A stretch of 64,000 nucleotides of DNA from an uncultured Actinomycetota bacterium. GTDB lineage: Bacteria; Actinomycetota; Actinomycetes; JAHEKZ01. The notes beneath the pieces were generated by a model that ran no database searches, was not told the DNA's origin, and worked only from the letters and a program-made list of their open reading frames with translations. A program made the position numbers and the translations under genes. Positions 9,304 to 19,511 of the stretch are shown piece after piece (the stretch's first letter is position 1; every line of letters begins with the position of its first letter). Location: the NCBI GenBank assembly GCA_963726575.1, contig CAVSCR010000003.1:226518-290517 (forward strand). The letters run 5' to 3'.

Positions 9304-10713
9304 TCACGCCTGCGGTTCGAGGTCTGCCGGGCTCGCCAGGTGGCCCAGTACCGCCGTGGCCGCGGCAACAACCGGTGACACGAGATGCGTACGTCCACCC
9401 TTGCCCTGGCGCCCTTCGAAGTTCCGGTTGGACGTCGAGGCGCTGCGCTCCCCCGGCGCCAGCTGGTCCGGGTTCATGCCCAGGCACATCGAGCAACCGG
9501 CTTGCCGCCACTCCGCTCCGGCCATGGTGAAGATGTCGTTGAGACCTTCCGCCTCGGCCTGCAGCCGGACCCGCACGGACCCGGGGACCACTAGCGTGCG
9601 GACCCCCGCGGCCACGTGTCGTCCCGACAACACGGCCGCGGCCGCTCGAAGATCCTCGATCCGCCCGTTCGTGCACGAGCCCACGAAGACCGTATCGACC
9701 GGGATCTCGCGCAACGGGGTACCGGGCGTCAAATCCATGTACTGCAGGGCACGTTCGGCGGCCACCCGCTGGAGCGGATCCTCGAACGAAGCAGGGTCAG
9801 GCACCGAACTCGACAACGGCGCGCCCTGGCCCGGGTTAGTGCCCCACGTGACGAAGGGGCTGAGCGACGCAGCGTCGATGACAACCTCCGCATCGAATCG
9901 CGCGTCGTCGTCGGTGCCCAGTGAGCGCCAGTAGCTCACGGCAGTCTCCCAAGCATCGCCGGTAGGTGCGTGCGGCCGCCCGCGTAGGTAGTCGAGCGTG
10001 GTGTCGTCCGGTGCCACCATCCCCGCCCGGGCACCGGCTTCGATCGACATGTTGCAGACGGTCATGCGCGCCTCCATCGAGAGCGCCCGCACCGCCGCGC
10101 CGCGGTACTCCAGGACGTAGCCCTGGCCACCCCCGGTTCCGATCTGCGCGATCACGGCCAGGATCAGATCCTTGGCGCTCACGTCGGGCGGCAGCTGGCC
10201 TTCGACGGTGATCGCCATCGTCTTGAAGGGGGTCAGCGGCAGCGTCTGGGTCGCCAGCACGTGCTCGACCTCGCTGGTTCCGATCCCGAACGCCAGTGCA
10301 CCGAACGCCCCGTGCGTGGCGGTGTGGGAGTCACCGCAGACGACCGTCATCCCCGGCTGGGTCAATCCGAGCTGAGGACCCACGACGTGGACGATCCCCT
10401 GCTCGGCCGAACCCAACGGGTAGAGCGGTACGCCGAACTCGGCACAGTTCGCGCGCAGTGCCTCCACCTGGGCCCGAGAGACGGGGTCACTGATCGGCTG
10501 GTCGATGTCCGTCGTCGGGACGTTGTGATCCTCGGTCGCCAGCGTCAGGTCGGTCCGGTGTACGACCCGGCCGGCCGCGCGTAGCCCGTCGAACGCCTGC
10601 GGGCTCGTCACCTCGTGGACGAGGTGGAGGTCGATGTACAGAAGATCGGGCTCGCCTTCCGCCGCGCGCACGACGTGCGCGTCCCAGACCTTCTGCGCGA
10701 GGGTGCGTCCCAC
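9304..10713 (-). CDS. leuC: 3-isopropylmalate dehydratase large subunit
   Basis: [14 protein letters not shown]...[24 protein letters not shown] and aconitase-family Cys ligands. Probable GTG start at 10713 with a GGAGAGGAG RBS; the track ORF starts at 10749. Confidence 0.9.
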   Translation of the reverse strand: MGRTLAQKVWDAHVVRAAEGEPDLLYIDLHLVHEVTSPQAFDGLRAAGRVVHRTDLTLATEDHNVPTTDIDQPISDPVSRAQVEALRANCAEFGVPLYPLGSAEQGIVHVVGPQLGLTQPGMTVVCGDSHTATHGAFGALAFGIGTSEVEHVLATQTLPLTPFKTMAITVEGQLPPDVSAKDLILAVIAQIGTGGGQGYVLEYRGAAVRALSMEARMTVCNMSIEAGARAGMVAPDDTTLDYLRGRPHAPTGDAWETAVSYWRSLGTDDDARFDAEVVIDAASLSPFVTWGTNPGQGAPLSSSVPDPASFEDPLQRVAAERALQYMDLTPGTPLREIPVDTVFVGSCTNGRIEDLRAAAAVLSGRHVAAGVRTLVVPGSVRVRLQAEAEGLNDIFTMAGAEWRQAGCSMCLGMNPDQLAPGERSASTSNRNFEGRQGKGGRTHLVSPVVAAATAVLGHLASPADLEPQA

Positions 10714-10771
10714 GGCGACTCCTCTCCACGACCAACTTGCATCTCGCATATCGAGACTGCAGTATCAACTC
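10714..10771. promoter_or_regulatory. short divergent leuC / IclR-regulator intergenic region (candidate LtbR-type operator and promoters)
   Basis: 58 bp separate the divergent starts. It contains ttgcatctcgcatatcgagactgcagtatcaa with short inverted-repeat elements. Confidence 0.3.
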
Positions 10772-11491
10772 ATGGACAACTCTAGCGGAGTGGGCGTTCT
10801 GGACAAGGCCGCCCTCGTCCTCGGCGCGCTCGAGGCCGGTCCCCAGAGCCTGGCGGGCCTCGTCCAGGCGACCGGCCTCGCCCGGCCCACCGCCCACCGA
10901 CTGGCCGTGGCGCTGGAGTTCCACCGCCTGGTCGCTCGTGACGTCCAGGGTCGCTTCGTGCTCGGTCCTCGGGTGGGCGAGCTGGCCGCAGCCGCCGGCG
11001 AAGACCGACTGCTCGCTGCCGCAGCCGCCGTTCTCGCCCAGCTGCGGGATCTGACCGGCGAGAGCACCCAGTTGTACCGGCGACAAGGCGATCAACGGGT
11101 GTGTGTGGCCGCGGCCGAACGCCTCTCCGGGCTGCGGGACACGGTGCCCATCGGCAGCGTGCTCACCATGCAAGCCGGCTCGGCGGCGCAGATCCTGTTG
11201 GCCTGGGAAGAGGCTGACCGCCTGCACCGCGGTCTTCGAGGTGCCGCCTTCTCTGCGGCGACCTTGGGCGGTGTCCGACGCCGGGGCTGGGCGCAAAGCG
11301 TTGGCGAGCGCGAACCCGGCGTGGCATCGGTGTCCGCACCGGTGCGCGGTCCGAGTGGACGCGTGGTGGCTGCAGTGTCCATTTCTGGTCCCATCGAGCG
11401 GCTCGGCCGCCAACCGGGGCGACAACACGCCGCCGCGGTCGTCGCCGCCTCGAACGCCCTCACCGAGGCGTTGAGGCGCGCGAAGAACTGA
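10772..11491 (+). CDS. IclR family transcriptional regulator (LtbR-like, divergent from leuCD)
   Basis: N-terminal wHTH (VGVLDKAALVLGALEAGPQSLAGLVQATGLARPTAHRLAVAL) plus an IclR effector domain. Start at M47 of the track ORF. Same arrangement as Mtb Rv2989. Confidence 0.85.
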   Translation: MDNSSGVGVLDKAALVLGALEAGPQSLAGLVQATGLARPTAHRLAVALEFHRLVARDVQGRFVLGPRVGELAAAAGEDRLLAAAAAVLAQLRDLTGESTQLYRRQGDQRVCVAAAERLSGLRDTVPIGSVLTMQAGSAAQILLAWEEADRLHRGLRGAAFSAATLGGVRRRGWAQSVGEREPGVASVSAPVRGPSGRVVAAVSISGPIERLGRQPGRQHAAAVVAASNALTEALRRAKN

Positions 11492-11504
11492 GACTCGCCT
11501 GGGT

Positions 11505-12130
11505 CTAGTGACCGCGCGCCATCCACTCCGGCAGGTGCGGCGCCTCGGCAGCCAGCGTCGTGGAGTCGCCGTGGCCGGTGTGCACGACGGTTGCGGGCGG
11601 CAACATATCGAACAGGCGCCCCACCGATTCGATGATGGTCGGGAAGTCCGAGAACGACCTCCCGGTGGCACCCGGCCCCCCGGCGAACAAGGTGTCGCCA
11701 CTGAAGACGACCCCTAGATCGGCGCTGTGGAAGCAACAGGACCCTGGGGAGTGGCCAGGGGTGTGAAGCACGCGCAGCTCGGCCCCGGCGGCCGGTACGA
11801 CGTCGCCATCCGTGACCAACACGTCGGGGTCCGTAGACCCGTGGGTGAGGCGCCACAGCGGCAGGTCGTCCGGATGCAGCCAGATCTGAGCCCCTGTTCG
11901 GTGGGCCAGCTCAGGCGCGACGCGGACATGGTCGTCGTGGGCGTGGGTGCAGACGATGGCTGTGAGCTGGCGGCCGGCGACTCCAGCAATGATCGCGTCG
12001 ACATCGTGCGGCGCGTCGATCACGATGCACTCGTCGTCGTCTCCGACGAGCCACACGTTGTTGTCGACCTCCCACGTGCCGCCGTCCAACGAGAACGTCC
12101 CGGACGTGATGAGCCGCTCGACCCGGGCGC
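11505..12130 (-). CDS. MBL-fold metallo-hydrolase (Rv2260-like), co-operonic with mscR; no canonical start codon, CTG overlapping the mscR stop (CTGA)
   Basis: HAHDDHV and HTPGHSPGS metal-binding motifs. The N-terminus RLITSGTFSLDGG aligns with MLITGFPAG of Rv2260. There is no in-frame ATG/GTG/TTG between the conserved N-terminus and 13100. The first in-frame TTG is about 30 codons downstream. Confidence 0.7.
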
Positions 12131-13213
12131 TCAGAAGACCACGACCGAGCGCAGCACCTCGCCGTGGTGCATCTGTTCGAACGCCGACTCGACACCCTCC
12201 AGGGCGATGGTGCCGGTCACGAACTTCTCCAGGGGTAGGCGGCCCTGGAGGTGCAGGTCGATCAGCATCGGGAAGTCGCGGCTGGGCAGACAGTCTCCGT
12301 ACCACGACGACTTGGTGCTGCCCCCTCGACCAAAGATGTCGAGCAACGGGGTCGTCCAGGTCATGTCCGGCGTGGGGACGCCGACGAGCACAGTGGTGCC
12401 GGCGAGGTCGCGGGCGTCGAAGGCCTGCTGAAAGACGGCCGGATGACCCACGGCATCGATCGTCACGTCGGCGCCGAACTCGGTGATCTGCTTGATGGCC
12501 GCGACCGGGTCGGTCTCTCGGGAGTTCACCGTGTGGGTGGCGCCGAACTGCTTGGCCCACTCCAACTTCTGGTCGTCGACGTCGACCGCGACAATCGTGA
12601 CGGCACCGGCCAACGAAGCGCCGAGGATCGCTGCGTCCCCGACGCCGCCGCAGCCGAAGACCGCCACTGTGTCGCCGCGGGTGACGCCTCCGGTGTTGAT
12701 CGCCGCGCCGAGTCCGGCCATCACCCCACATCCCAGCAGTCCCGCCACCTCGGGGCGCACGGCCGCGTCGACCTTGGTGCACTGGCCAGCAGCCACCAAC
12801 GTCTTCTCCGCGAAGGCGCCGATGCCCAGCGCGGGCGACAGCGCGGTGCCGTCGAGCAGCGTCATCTTCTGCTCGGCGTTGTGCGTTGCGAAGCAGTACC
12901 ACGGCCGCCCCCGACGACAGGCACGGCACTGGCCGCACACTGCTCGCCAGTTCAAGATCACGAAGTCGCCTTCGGCGATGTCGGTGACGCCGGAGCCCAC
13001 CACGCAGACGTTGCCCGCTGCCTCGTGCCCCAACAGGTAGGGGAACTCCTGGCCGATACCGCCTTCGCGGTAGTGAAGATCGGTGTGGCAGACGCCACAC
13101 GCCTGTACGTCGACGACGACCTCACCCGGCCCCGGGTCAGGAACCACGATCGTCTCCACGGTCACTGGTGCGCCTTGCGCCTGGGCGACCACGGCGCGGA
13201 CCTGGTACGGCAT
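12131..13213 (-). CDS. mscR: S-(hydroxymethyl)mycothiol dehydrogenase / class III alcohol dehydrogenase (MscR)
   Basis: Zn-ADH with [36 protein letters not shown] and [11 protein letters not shown]. Close to collinear with Mtb Rv2259 throughout. Confidence 0.88.
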   Translation of the reverse strand: MPYQVRAVVAQAQGAPVTVETIVVPDPGPGEVVVDVQACGVCHTDLHYREGGIGQEFPYLLGHEAAGNVCVVGSGVTDIAEGDFVILNWRAVCGQCRACRRGRPWYCFATHNAEQKMTLLDGTALSPALGIGAFAEKTLVAAGQCTKVDAAVRPEVAGLLGCGVMAGLGAAINTGGVTRGDTVAVFGCGGVGDAAILGASLAGAVTIVAVDVDDQKLEWAKQFGATHTVNSRETDPVAAIKQITEFGADVTIDAVGHPAVFQQAFDARDLAGTTVLVGVPTPDMTWTTPLLDIFGRGGSTKSSWYGDCLPSRDFPMLIDLHLQGRLPLEKFVTGTIALEGVESAFEQMHHGEVLRSVVVF

Positions 13214-13287
13214 GACGTCCTCCCTTGGGCCAGAGCGAAGGGCCCTCGCCGGCGCATCGCGCCAGGCGAAGACCCTTCGACAGAACG

Positions 13288-13360
13288 TAGCCCCGACCGG
13301 ATTCGAACCGGCGCTACCGCCTTGAGAGGGCGGCGTGCTAGGCCGCTACACAACGGGGCC
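13288..13360 (-). tRNA. tRNA-Glu (anticodon CTC)
   Basis: The reverse complement GGCCCCGTTGTGTAGCGGCCTAGCACGCCGCCCTCTCAAGGCGGTAGCGCCGGTTCGAATCCGGTCGGGGCTA folds as a cloverleaf. Anticodon loop CTCTCAA, T-loop TTCGAAT. Confidence 0.85.
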
Positions 13361-13402
13361 GTACACAGGTCGACCGCTCCATCTGGGGAGCGTTCGGATC
13401 CG

Positions 13403-13474
13403 CTGGGGTACCAGGACTCGAACCTAGACTAACGGAGCCAGAATCCGTCGGGCTGCCAATTACCCCATACCCCA
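13403..13474 (-). tRNA. tRNA-Gln (anticodon CTG)
   Basis: The reverse complement TGGGGTATGGGGTAATTGGCAGCCCGACGGATTCTGGCTCCGTTAGTCTAGGTTCGAGTCCTGGTACCCCAG has a 7-bp acceptor stem, anticodon loop TTCTGGC and T-loop TTCGAGT. Confidence 0.85.
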
Positions 13475-13530
13475 AGGGTGCCCGGAACAGGTCCAGTCGG
13501 CCCGCCGAGGATAGCGAATCGGCACCGTGA

Positions 13531-14247
13531 TCACCCAATCAGGTCGCCGGCGACCAGCGTGGCGAACTCCGCCAACGAGCGGACCACAGGCACGTCAGTT
13601 GGCACTCCGTTGGGGGGTCGGCGTCCGTAGGGGTCGGCCTCGGGCCGGTCCAGCCAGACGCCTCGCAGCCCGGCGTCACGTGCGCCGACCGCATCCACCT
13701 GGCAGCGATCTCCAACGTGCCACGTGCGACCGCTCGCAGCGCCGAGCGCCGCACACACCGAAGTGAAGGTCACCGGATCCGGCTTCGAAGCGCCGACGTC
13801 ATCGGTGCCGAGGGCAACGTCGAAGCAGTCGGCCAATCCAACCGAGCGCAGCTTGTGCCGCGTCAAGGCACCAGGGACGTTCGAGAACGCCGCCAACGGA
13901 TGGTCCGCCAGCGCCGCCAGCGTCGGTGCTACATCGTCGAACACCGACCACGAGGCCTCGAAGGCTCGTCGGTACCCGTCGAACCATGCGTCCGCGCTCA
14001 CGTCGTCGAAGGCATCGCCGGTGAAGTCGCGGACCCGGTGGCGCCGTTGTTCCTGGAACCCGACCTCTCCGGCCAGGTACCGCGCGAAGTGGTGTTCCTC
14101 GAGCGTGCGCCAGCGAACCCAGCCGTCATGATCGAGCTGCTCACCCAGCTGCGACAGATACAGCGTGAGCCCACTGAGTTGCGCACTGTCGTGATCAACG
14201 AGCGTGCCGTCGACGTCGAAGATCACGGCGTCGACCGATGAGCTCAC
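13531..14247 (-). CDS. HAD-superfamily hydrolase
   Basis: Motif I VIFDVDGTLVD, then later HAD motifs (SNVPGALTR...KPDP...GDRCQVDAVGAR). Confidence 0.75.
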   Translation of the reverse strand: MSSSVDAVIFDVDGTLVDHDSAQLSGLTLYLSQLGEQLDHDGWVRWRTLEEHHFARYLAGEVGFQEQRRHRVRDFTGDAFDDVSADAWFDGYRRAFEASWSVFDDVAPTLAALADHPLAAFSNVPGALTRHKLRSVGLADCFDVALGTDDVGASKPDPVTFTSVCAALGAASGRTWHVGDRCQVDAVGARDAGLRGVWLDRPEADPYGRRPPNGVPTDVPVVRSLAEFATLVAGDLIG

Positions 14248-14259
14248 CGACTTACGCCG

Positions 14260-15759
14260 TCACGCGTGCGCGGCGTTCAGCGCAGCGAGCAGGGCAGCAT
14301 CGAGACGCTCGAGGGTGCGTTCGCGGCCCAGTAGCTGCGCCGACTCGAACAACGGTGGCGAGATCCGGCGCCCGGTCACCGCCACCCGAACCGGGCCGAA
14401 CGCCAGCTTGGGCTTCAGCTCGAGCCCGTCCACCAGGGCGTGACGCAATGCCACCTCGATCTGCTCGGTGTCCCAGGACGTGTGGACGAGGGCATCGCGT
14501 GCCGCCTGGAGCACCGGCGCCGTCTCCGTCGTGATCAGTCGTGCGGCGTCATCGGGATCGATCGCGAACCGGTCGTCGGGCAGGAACAAGAAGTCGAGCA
14601 TCGGCACGGCTTGGGCGAGCGTCTCGATGCGCTCGTGGACCAGCGGTACCGCCCGCTCGAGCATCCCTCGTTGTTCCTGGCTCGGTGGGGCGTCAACAAG
14701 TCCGGCAGTGGCGAGGAACGGGATCAGTCGCTGAACGAGGTCGTCGGCGCCGATCGACCGGATCCAGTCGCCGTTGAGGGCCGTGCACTTCTTCAGGTCG
14801 AAGCGGGCTGGGCTGGGGTTGACCCTGCCGATGTCGAAGGCATCGGCCATCTGTTGCAACGAGAACCTGTCCTCGTCGTCGGACAGCGACCACCCGAGGA
14901 GTGCCAGGTAGTTGTTGACTCCTTCGGGCAGATAGCCGTTGTCCATGTACATCTGCAGGCTCGACTCGGGATCCCGTTTGGACAACTTCTTGTTGCCCTC
15001 GCCCATGACGTAGGGAAGATGACCGAACATCGGAACCGTGCCGTCGCCGACGCCGATCGCCCCAAAGGCCTCGTAGAGGGCCAGCTGACGTGGCGTCGAG
15101 GACAACAGATCCTCACCCCGCAGGACATGTGTGATTCGCATCAGTGCGTCGTCGACTGGGTTGGTCAGCGTGTACAGCGGGTCACCATTGGCCCGGACGA
15201 GCACGTAGTCGGGCACGTGCCCGGCGTTGAACGTGATCTCCCCGCGCACGAGGTCGGTCCATGTGAAGTCTCGTGCCGGCATCGCGAAACGCAGTGCCGG
15301 CGCTCGTCCCTCGGTGCGGTAGGCAGCCACCTGCTGCGCGCTCAGTTCTCGGCAGTGACCGTCGTATCCGGGGGTCCGCCCGGCTGCCATGGCCGCCTCG
15401 CGGCGTTCGTCGAGCTCGGCGGGCGTGCAGTAGCAGTCATACGCGGCCGCGGACTCCCTCAACCGAGCGGCCACGTCCGCGTAACGGTCCAAGCGCTCGG
15501 ACTGGCGGTAGGGGCCGTACGGACCTCCGACCTCCGGTCCCTCGTCCCACTCCAGCCCCAGCCACCGCAGCGCCTTGACGAGCGCGTCGTAGGACGCTTC
15601 GGAATCTCGCGCCGAGTCAGTGTCCTCGATGCGGAAGACGAACGTGCCCCCGGTGTGCCGCGCATATGCCCAGTTGAACAACGCCGTGCGCGCCATCCCG
15701 ACGTGGGGGTTGCCGGTCGGTGACGGGCAGAACCTGACGCGCACCCCGGAGCCGCTCAC
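14260..15759 (-). CDS. gltX: glutamate--tRNA ligase
   Basis: [40 protein letters not shown] (HIGH-class motif) and KLSKR (KMSKS). Adjacent to tRNA-Gln and tRNA-Glu as in mycobacteria. Confidence 0.93.
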   Translation of the reverse strand: MSGSGVRVRFCPSPTGNPHVGMARTALFNWAYARHTGGTFVFRIEDTDSARDSEASYDALVKALRWLGLEWDEGPEVGGPYGPYRQSERLDRYADVAARLRESAAAYDCYCTPAELDERREAAMAAGRTPGYDGHCRELSAQQVAAYRTEGRAPALRFAMPARDFTWTDLVRGEITFNAGHVPDYVLVRANGDPLYTLTNPVDDALMRITHVLRGEDLLSSTPRQLALYEAFGAIGVGDGTVPMFGHLPYVMGEGNKKLSKRDPESSLQMYMDNGYLPEGVNNYLALLGWSLSDDEDRFSLQQMADAFDIGRVNPSPARFDLKKCTALNGDWIRSIGADDLVQRLIPFLATAGLVDAPPSQEQRGMLERAVPLVHERIETLAQAVPMLDFLFLPDDRFAIDPDDAARLITTETAPVLQAARDALVHTSWDTEQIEVALRHALVDGLELKPKLAFGPVRVAVTGRRISPPLFESAQLLGRERTLERLDAALLAALNAAHA

Positions 15760-16553
15760 GCGCCCTCCCCGTCGAGGCCGACGACCGGATTCGTGAGGGT
15801 CCCCACGCCACCGATCGACACGCTGACCTGCTGGCCGCCCCGGATCGGGCCGACACCGGCAGGGGTGCCGGTGAGGATGACATCACCGGGCAGCAACGTC
15901 ATCGCCTGCGACACGAAGGCCACCAACTCCGCCACCGGATGCACCATCTGTGACGTGTGACCGGACTGAACCACCCGACCGTCGAGGCGGGTCTCGATCG
16001 TGGTGTCGCGCACATCGACCCCCGTGACGATCCACGGCCCCAGTGGCGCAAACGAGTCGAAGCCCTTGGCGCGCGCCCATTGGCCGTCCGCCCGTTGCAG
16101 GTCGCGGGCCGTCACGTCGTTGGCACAGGTGTAGCCCAAGATCGCTTCGTCAGCGCGATCCACGGGCACCTCGCGCGCCAGCCGACCGATCACCACGGCC
16201 AGTTCGCCCTCGTACTCGACCTGCGCCGACTGCGGGGGCAAGACGATGGGGTCACCGTCTCCGACCACGGCGGTGGAGGGCTTGAGGAACATCACCGGAA
16301 CCTCCGGCGCCTGCCCGCCCATCTCGCGTGCGTGGTCCGCGTAGTTCTTGCCGATGCCGATCACCTTGCTCGGCAGGACCGGTGGCAGCACCCGCACCTG
16401 CGACAGCGGGATCGTCACCGACGTGCGTTCGAACGTGGCGAAGGGGTGCCCGTCGATCGCCGTGACGGTCAGCGACGCCAGGTCCTCGGGGTCACCCTCG
16501 ACCAGCCCATAGGCGATCTGGTCGGCCAAGGCGAAACGGACGATGCGCACGCG
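15756..16553 (-). CDS. fumarylacetoacetate hydrolase (FAH) family protein
   Basis: FAH-fold motifs ([17 protein letters not shown]...[11 protein letters not shown]...GTPAGVG). GTG start at 16553 with an AGGAG RBS; the track ORF extends further. Overlaps the gltX start by 4 nt. Confidence 0.8.
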   Translation of the reverse strand, partial: RVRIVRFALADQIAYGLVEGDPEDLASLTVTAIDGHPFATFERTSVTIPLSQVRVLPPVLPSKVIGIGKNYADHAREMGGQAPEVPVMFLKPSTAVVGDGDPIVLPPQSAQVEYEGELAVVIGRLAREVPVDRADEAILGYTCANDVTARDLQRADGQWARAKGFDSFAPLGPWIVTGVDVRDTTIETRLDGRVVQSGHTSQMVHPVAELVAFVSQAMTLLPGDVILTGTPAGVGPIRGGQQVSVSIGGVGTLTNPVVGLDGEGA

Positions 16554-16605
16554 GGGAACTCCTGGGGCGAGGGCGGCTGCGGGCAGCCAGGCTACCCACA
16601 GCCGA

Positions 16606-18213
16606 TCAGACCTGGTCGCGCCCGGCGCGCAACAGGCCATAGGTGATGGCGTCTTCGAGCGCGTTCCACGAGGCGGCGATGACGTTCTCGTGGACGCCCA
16701 CGGTGTCCCACTCACCCTGCCCGTCGCTGGTCTCGATCAGCACCCTGGTCACGGCGGCGGTCCCCTCACGTCCCTCCAGGATCCGCACCTTGTAGTCGGT
16801 GAGCTCCAGCTGCGCCAGCTCGGGAAAGGCCTGGGCAAGCGCAGAGCGCAATGCGTTGTCCAACGCGTTGACGGGACCGTTGCCCTCACCGGTGGCGATG
16901 ATCCGCTGGTCGAGGGCGTGAACCTTCACCGTCGCCTCGCTCATCACCTCGCCATCAGCTCGCTGCTCGACGATCGCGCGCCACGACTCCACCCGGAAGT
17001 GGCGCCGCCGCTCGCCCGCCACCGTGTCGCGCAGTAGCAGCTCGAACGATGCGTCGGCAGCCTCGAACGTGTAGCCGCGGGACTCGAGGTCCTTGACCCG
17101 CTCGACCAGCCGGCCCAGGGCAGCGCGGTCGTCGGACAGGTCGTAACCGAGCTCCTTTCCCTTCAGCTCGATCGACGCCCGACCCGCCATCTCGGTGACC
17201 AGCACGCGCATGTCGTTGCCGACGACCTCGGGGTCGAGATGGTTGTACAGGTCAGGCGACACCTTGATCGCACTGGCGTGCAGGCCAGCCTTGTGAGCGA
17301 ACGCCGAGACCCCGACGAAGGGCTGATGGGTGTCGGGCGCGATGTTGGCGATCTCGGCGAGCGCGTGACTCACTCGCACCATCTCGCGCAGCCGACCGGC
17401 TGGCAGAACCCTCAGATCGAGCTTGGTCTCCAGGTCACCGATGACTGCGAAGAGGTCTGCGTTGCCCGTCCGCTCGCCATACCCGTTGGCGGTGCACTGG
17501 ACGTGCGTAGCCCCAGCTTCCACAGCCGTGACGGTGTTCGCTACGGCACAGCCGGTGTCGTCCTGGCAGTGGATCCCCAACCGACCTTGCCCCTTGCGCT
17601 CGGCCACCTCCGACACGACTTCGTGGACGCGCATGGGAAGCATTCCGCCGTTGGTGTCGCAGAGCACGCAGACGTCGGCGCCGGCCTCCATCGCAACCGC
17701 GATCACCTGGAGCGCGTAGCTGCTGTCGTGGTGGTACCCGTCGAAGAAGTGCTCGAGGTCGAGGAATACCCGACGACCCTCGGTCACGAGGAGCGAGACG
17801 GTGTCCGCCACCATCGCGAGGTTCTCCTCCAACGTCGTGCGCAACGCCTGCGTCACGTGGCGCACGTCGGACTTTGCCACGAGGGTCACGACCGGTGTCT
17901 GCGCGTCGAGCAGGGCCCGCACCTGCGGATCCTGATCGACCTTCGTCCCCGGCTTGCGGGTGGCCCCGAAGGCCACGAGCTGCGCATGAGTCAGGGAGAG
18001 CTCCGCTCGGGCCCGCTCGAAGAACTCAGTGTCCTTGGGTAGTGCACCGGGCCACCCGCCCTCGATGAAGCCCACGCCCAGCTCGTCGAGGAGGCGCGCC
18101 ACCGCCAGCTTGTCGGGAACCGAGTACGTGATGCCCTCCCGTTGTGCCCCGTCGCGCAGCGTCGTGTCATAGACGTGGAACACGTCGTCGGGTGGGGCGA
18201 CAGGGGCGGTCAC
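16606..18213 (-). CDS. cimA: (R)-citramalate synthase (LeuA-related, CimA type)
   Basis: HVYDTTLRDGAQ, the GGWPGALPKD signature of the CimA/LeuA_rel clade, and a C-terminal regulatory domain. GGAGG RBS with GTG start at 18213. Confidence 0.8.
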   Translation of the reverse strand: MTAPVAPPDDVFHVYDTTLRDGAQREGITYSVPDKLAVARLLDELGVGFIEGGWPGALPKDTEFFERARAELSLTHAQLVAFGATRKPGTKVDQDPQVRALLDAQTPVVTLVAKSDVRHVTQALRTTLEENLAMVADTVSLLVTEGRRVFLDLEHFFDGYHHDSSYALQVIAVAMEAGADVCVLCDTNGGMLPMRVHEVVSEVAERKGQGRLGIHCQDDTGCAVANTVTAVEAGATHVQCTANGYGERTGNADLFAVIGDLETKLDLRVLPAGRLREMVRVSHALAEIANIAPDTHQPFVGVSAFAHKAGLHASAIKVSPDLYNHLDPEVVGNDMRVLVTEMAGRASIELKGKELGYDLSDDRAALGRLVERVKDLESRGYTFEAADASFELLLRDTVAGERRRHFRVESWRAIVEQRADGEVMSEATVKVHALDQRIIATGEGNGPVNALDNALRSALAQAFPELAQLELTDYKVRILEGREGTAAVTRVLIETSDGQGEWDTVGVHENVIAASWNALEDAITYGLLRAGRDQV

Positions 18214-18227
18214 GACTGCCTCCAGGA

Positions 18228-18312
18228 ATGAAAAGACCCCCCGCAGGAGCGAGAGGTCGGCGCGCCAGGCGAACTGCCTGACGCGCTATCCGATGATGAT
18301 CAGTGGGCGCAT
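18228..18312 (-). promoter_or_regulatory. putative Ile-responsive attenuator upstream of cimA: 8-codon leader ORF MRPLIIIG (about 18286..18312), an 11-bp GC hairpin, then a short stem plus U-run directly before the cimA RBS
   Basis: Minus-sense reads atg cgc cca ctg atc atc atc gga tag, then GCGCGTCAGGCagttcGCCTGGCGCGC, then gacctctcgctcctgcggggggtcttttc, then cattcctggaggcagtc GTG. Confidence 0.5.
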
Positions 18313-18353
18313 CACCGGCAGTCTGACACACCCCGGGCCGAGGGGGACACCGT

Positions 18354-19511
18354 CTACGGCGCTTCGATCACGTGCATCCACCCGTGCACGTCCGGCACAG
18401 TGCCGTGCTGCAACCCGAGCAAGTGCGCTCGCAGTCGGGTCGTCACCGGTCCTGGTGCGCCGTCACCGACGCGCCAGCCGCCGTGGCTGGCCTTGACTTC
18501 GCCCACCGGCGTGATGACTGCCGCCGTCCCGCACGCGAAGACCTCAGAGATCGAGCCGTCCTCGTTCCCGGCCCGCCAGTCGCTGACGTTGATCCGGCCC
18601 TCCTCCGCCGACATGCCGAGGTCCCGCGCCACGGTGAGGAGCGAGTCCCGCGTCACGCCGGGGAGAAGGGCGCCGGTCAGCGACGGAGTCACGAGGCGGG
18701 CGGCGTCGCCGGTGCCGTACACGAAGTACAGGTTCATGCCCCCCATCTCCTCGACCCATCGACGTTCCACGGCGTCCAACCACACCACCTGGTCGCAGCC
18801 CTGCTCGGCCGCCTGCGCCTGCGCGATGAGCGACGCGGCATAGTTCCCGGCACACTTCGCCTCGCCGGTGCCACCGGGAGCCGCCCGCACGTACTCCTCC
18901 GACAGCCAGACCGACACCGGCTTGACGCCGCCGCGGAAGTACGCGCCCGCCGGCGAGGCGATGAGCAGGAACAGGTAGGACGAAGCGGGTTTCACGCCGA
19001 GTCCCACCTCGGTCGAGATCATGAACGGTCGCAGGTAGAGGCTGTGCTCCTGGTCGGCCGGCACCCACGCCCGGTCCGCCCGCACCAGAGCCTCGATGGC
19101 GGCCACGAACAGACCTTCGGGTAGCTCCGGCATCGCAAGTCGCCTGGCTGATCGCTGGAAGCGCAGGGCGTTCATGTGCGGTCGGAACGTCGCGATGGAA
19201 CCGTCAGAGCGCCGGTAGGCCTTCAGCCCCTCGAAGATCTCCTGGCCGTAGTGCAGGGCCATCGTCGCCGGATCGAGCTCCAAGGGGCCGTAGGGGACGA
19301 GTTGGGCGTCGTGCCAACCGCGACCCTCCGTCCAGCCGATGGTCACCATGTGGTCGGTGAAGTACCTCCCGAAGCCTGGATCGGCCAGGATGGCCGCCCG
19401 CTCCGCATTCGACAGCGGCGACGAGGTCGGCTTCAGCGCGATCGTCTTGGCGGCTTCGGCCGGCGCCATGGACTGCTCTCCCATGGACGGACGGTACCCC
19501 GTGCCGCCCAC
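18354..19511 (-). CDS. ilvE: branched-chain-amino-acid aminotransferase
   Basis: Class IV aminotransferase fold ([30 protein letters not shown]...). Directly follows leuB. Confidence 0.92.
   Translation of the reverse strand: MGGTGYRPSMGEQSMAPAEAAKTIALKPTSSPLSNAERAAILADPGFGRYFTDHMVTIGWTEGRGWHDAQLVPYGPLELDPATMALHYGQEIFEGLKAYRRSDGSIATFRPHMNALRFQRSARRLAMPELPEGLFVAAIEALVRADRAWVPADQEHSLYLRPFMISTEVGLGVKPASSYLFLLIASPAGAYFRGGVKPVSVWLSEEYVRAAPGGTGEAKCAGNYAASLIAQAQAAEQGCDQVVWLDAVERRWVEEMGGMNLYFVYGTGDAARLVTPSLTGALLPGVTRDSLLTVARDLGMSAEEGRINVSDWRAGNEDGSISEVFACGTAAVITPVGEVKASHGGWRVGDGAPGPVTTRLRAHLLGLQHGTVPDVHGWMHVIEAP

Noticed and set aside
13214-13530. Searched for additional tRNAs, a tmRNA or an integration site around tRNA-Glu and tRNA-Gln
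   Set aside because: Only the two cloverleaves fold convincingly. No direct repeat of a tRNA 3' end and no integrase gene nearby.
14440-15723. 427-aa + strand ORF antisense to gltX
   Set aside because: gltX on the minus strand has HIGH and KMSKS motifs. The + frame is low-complexity.
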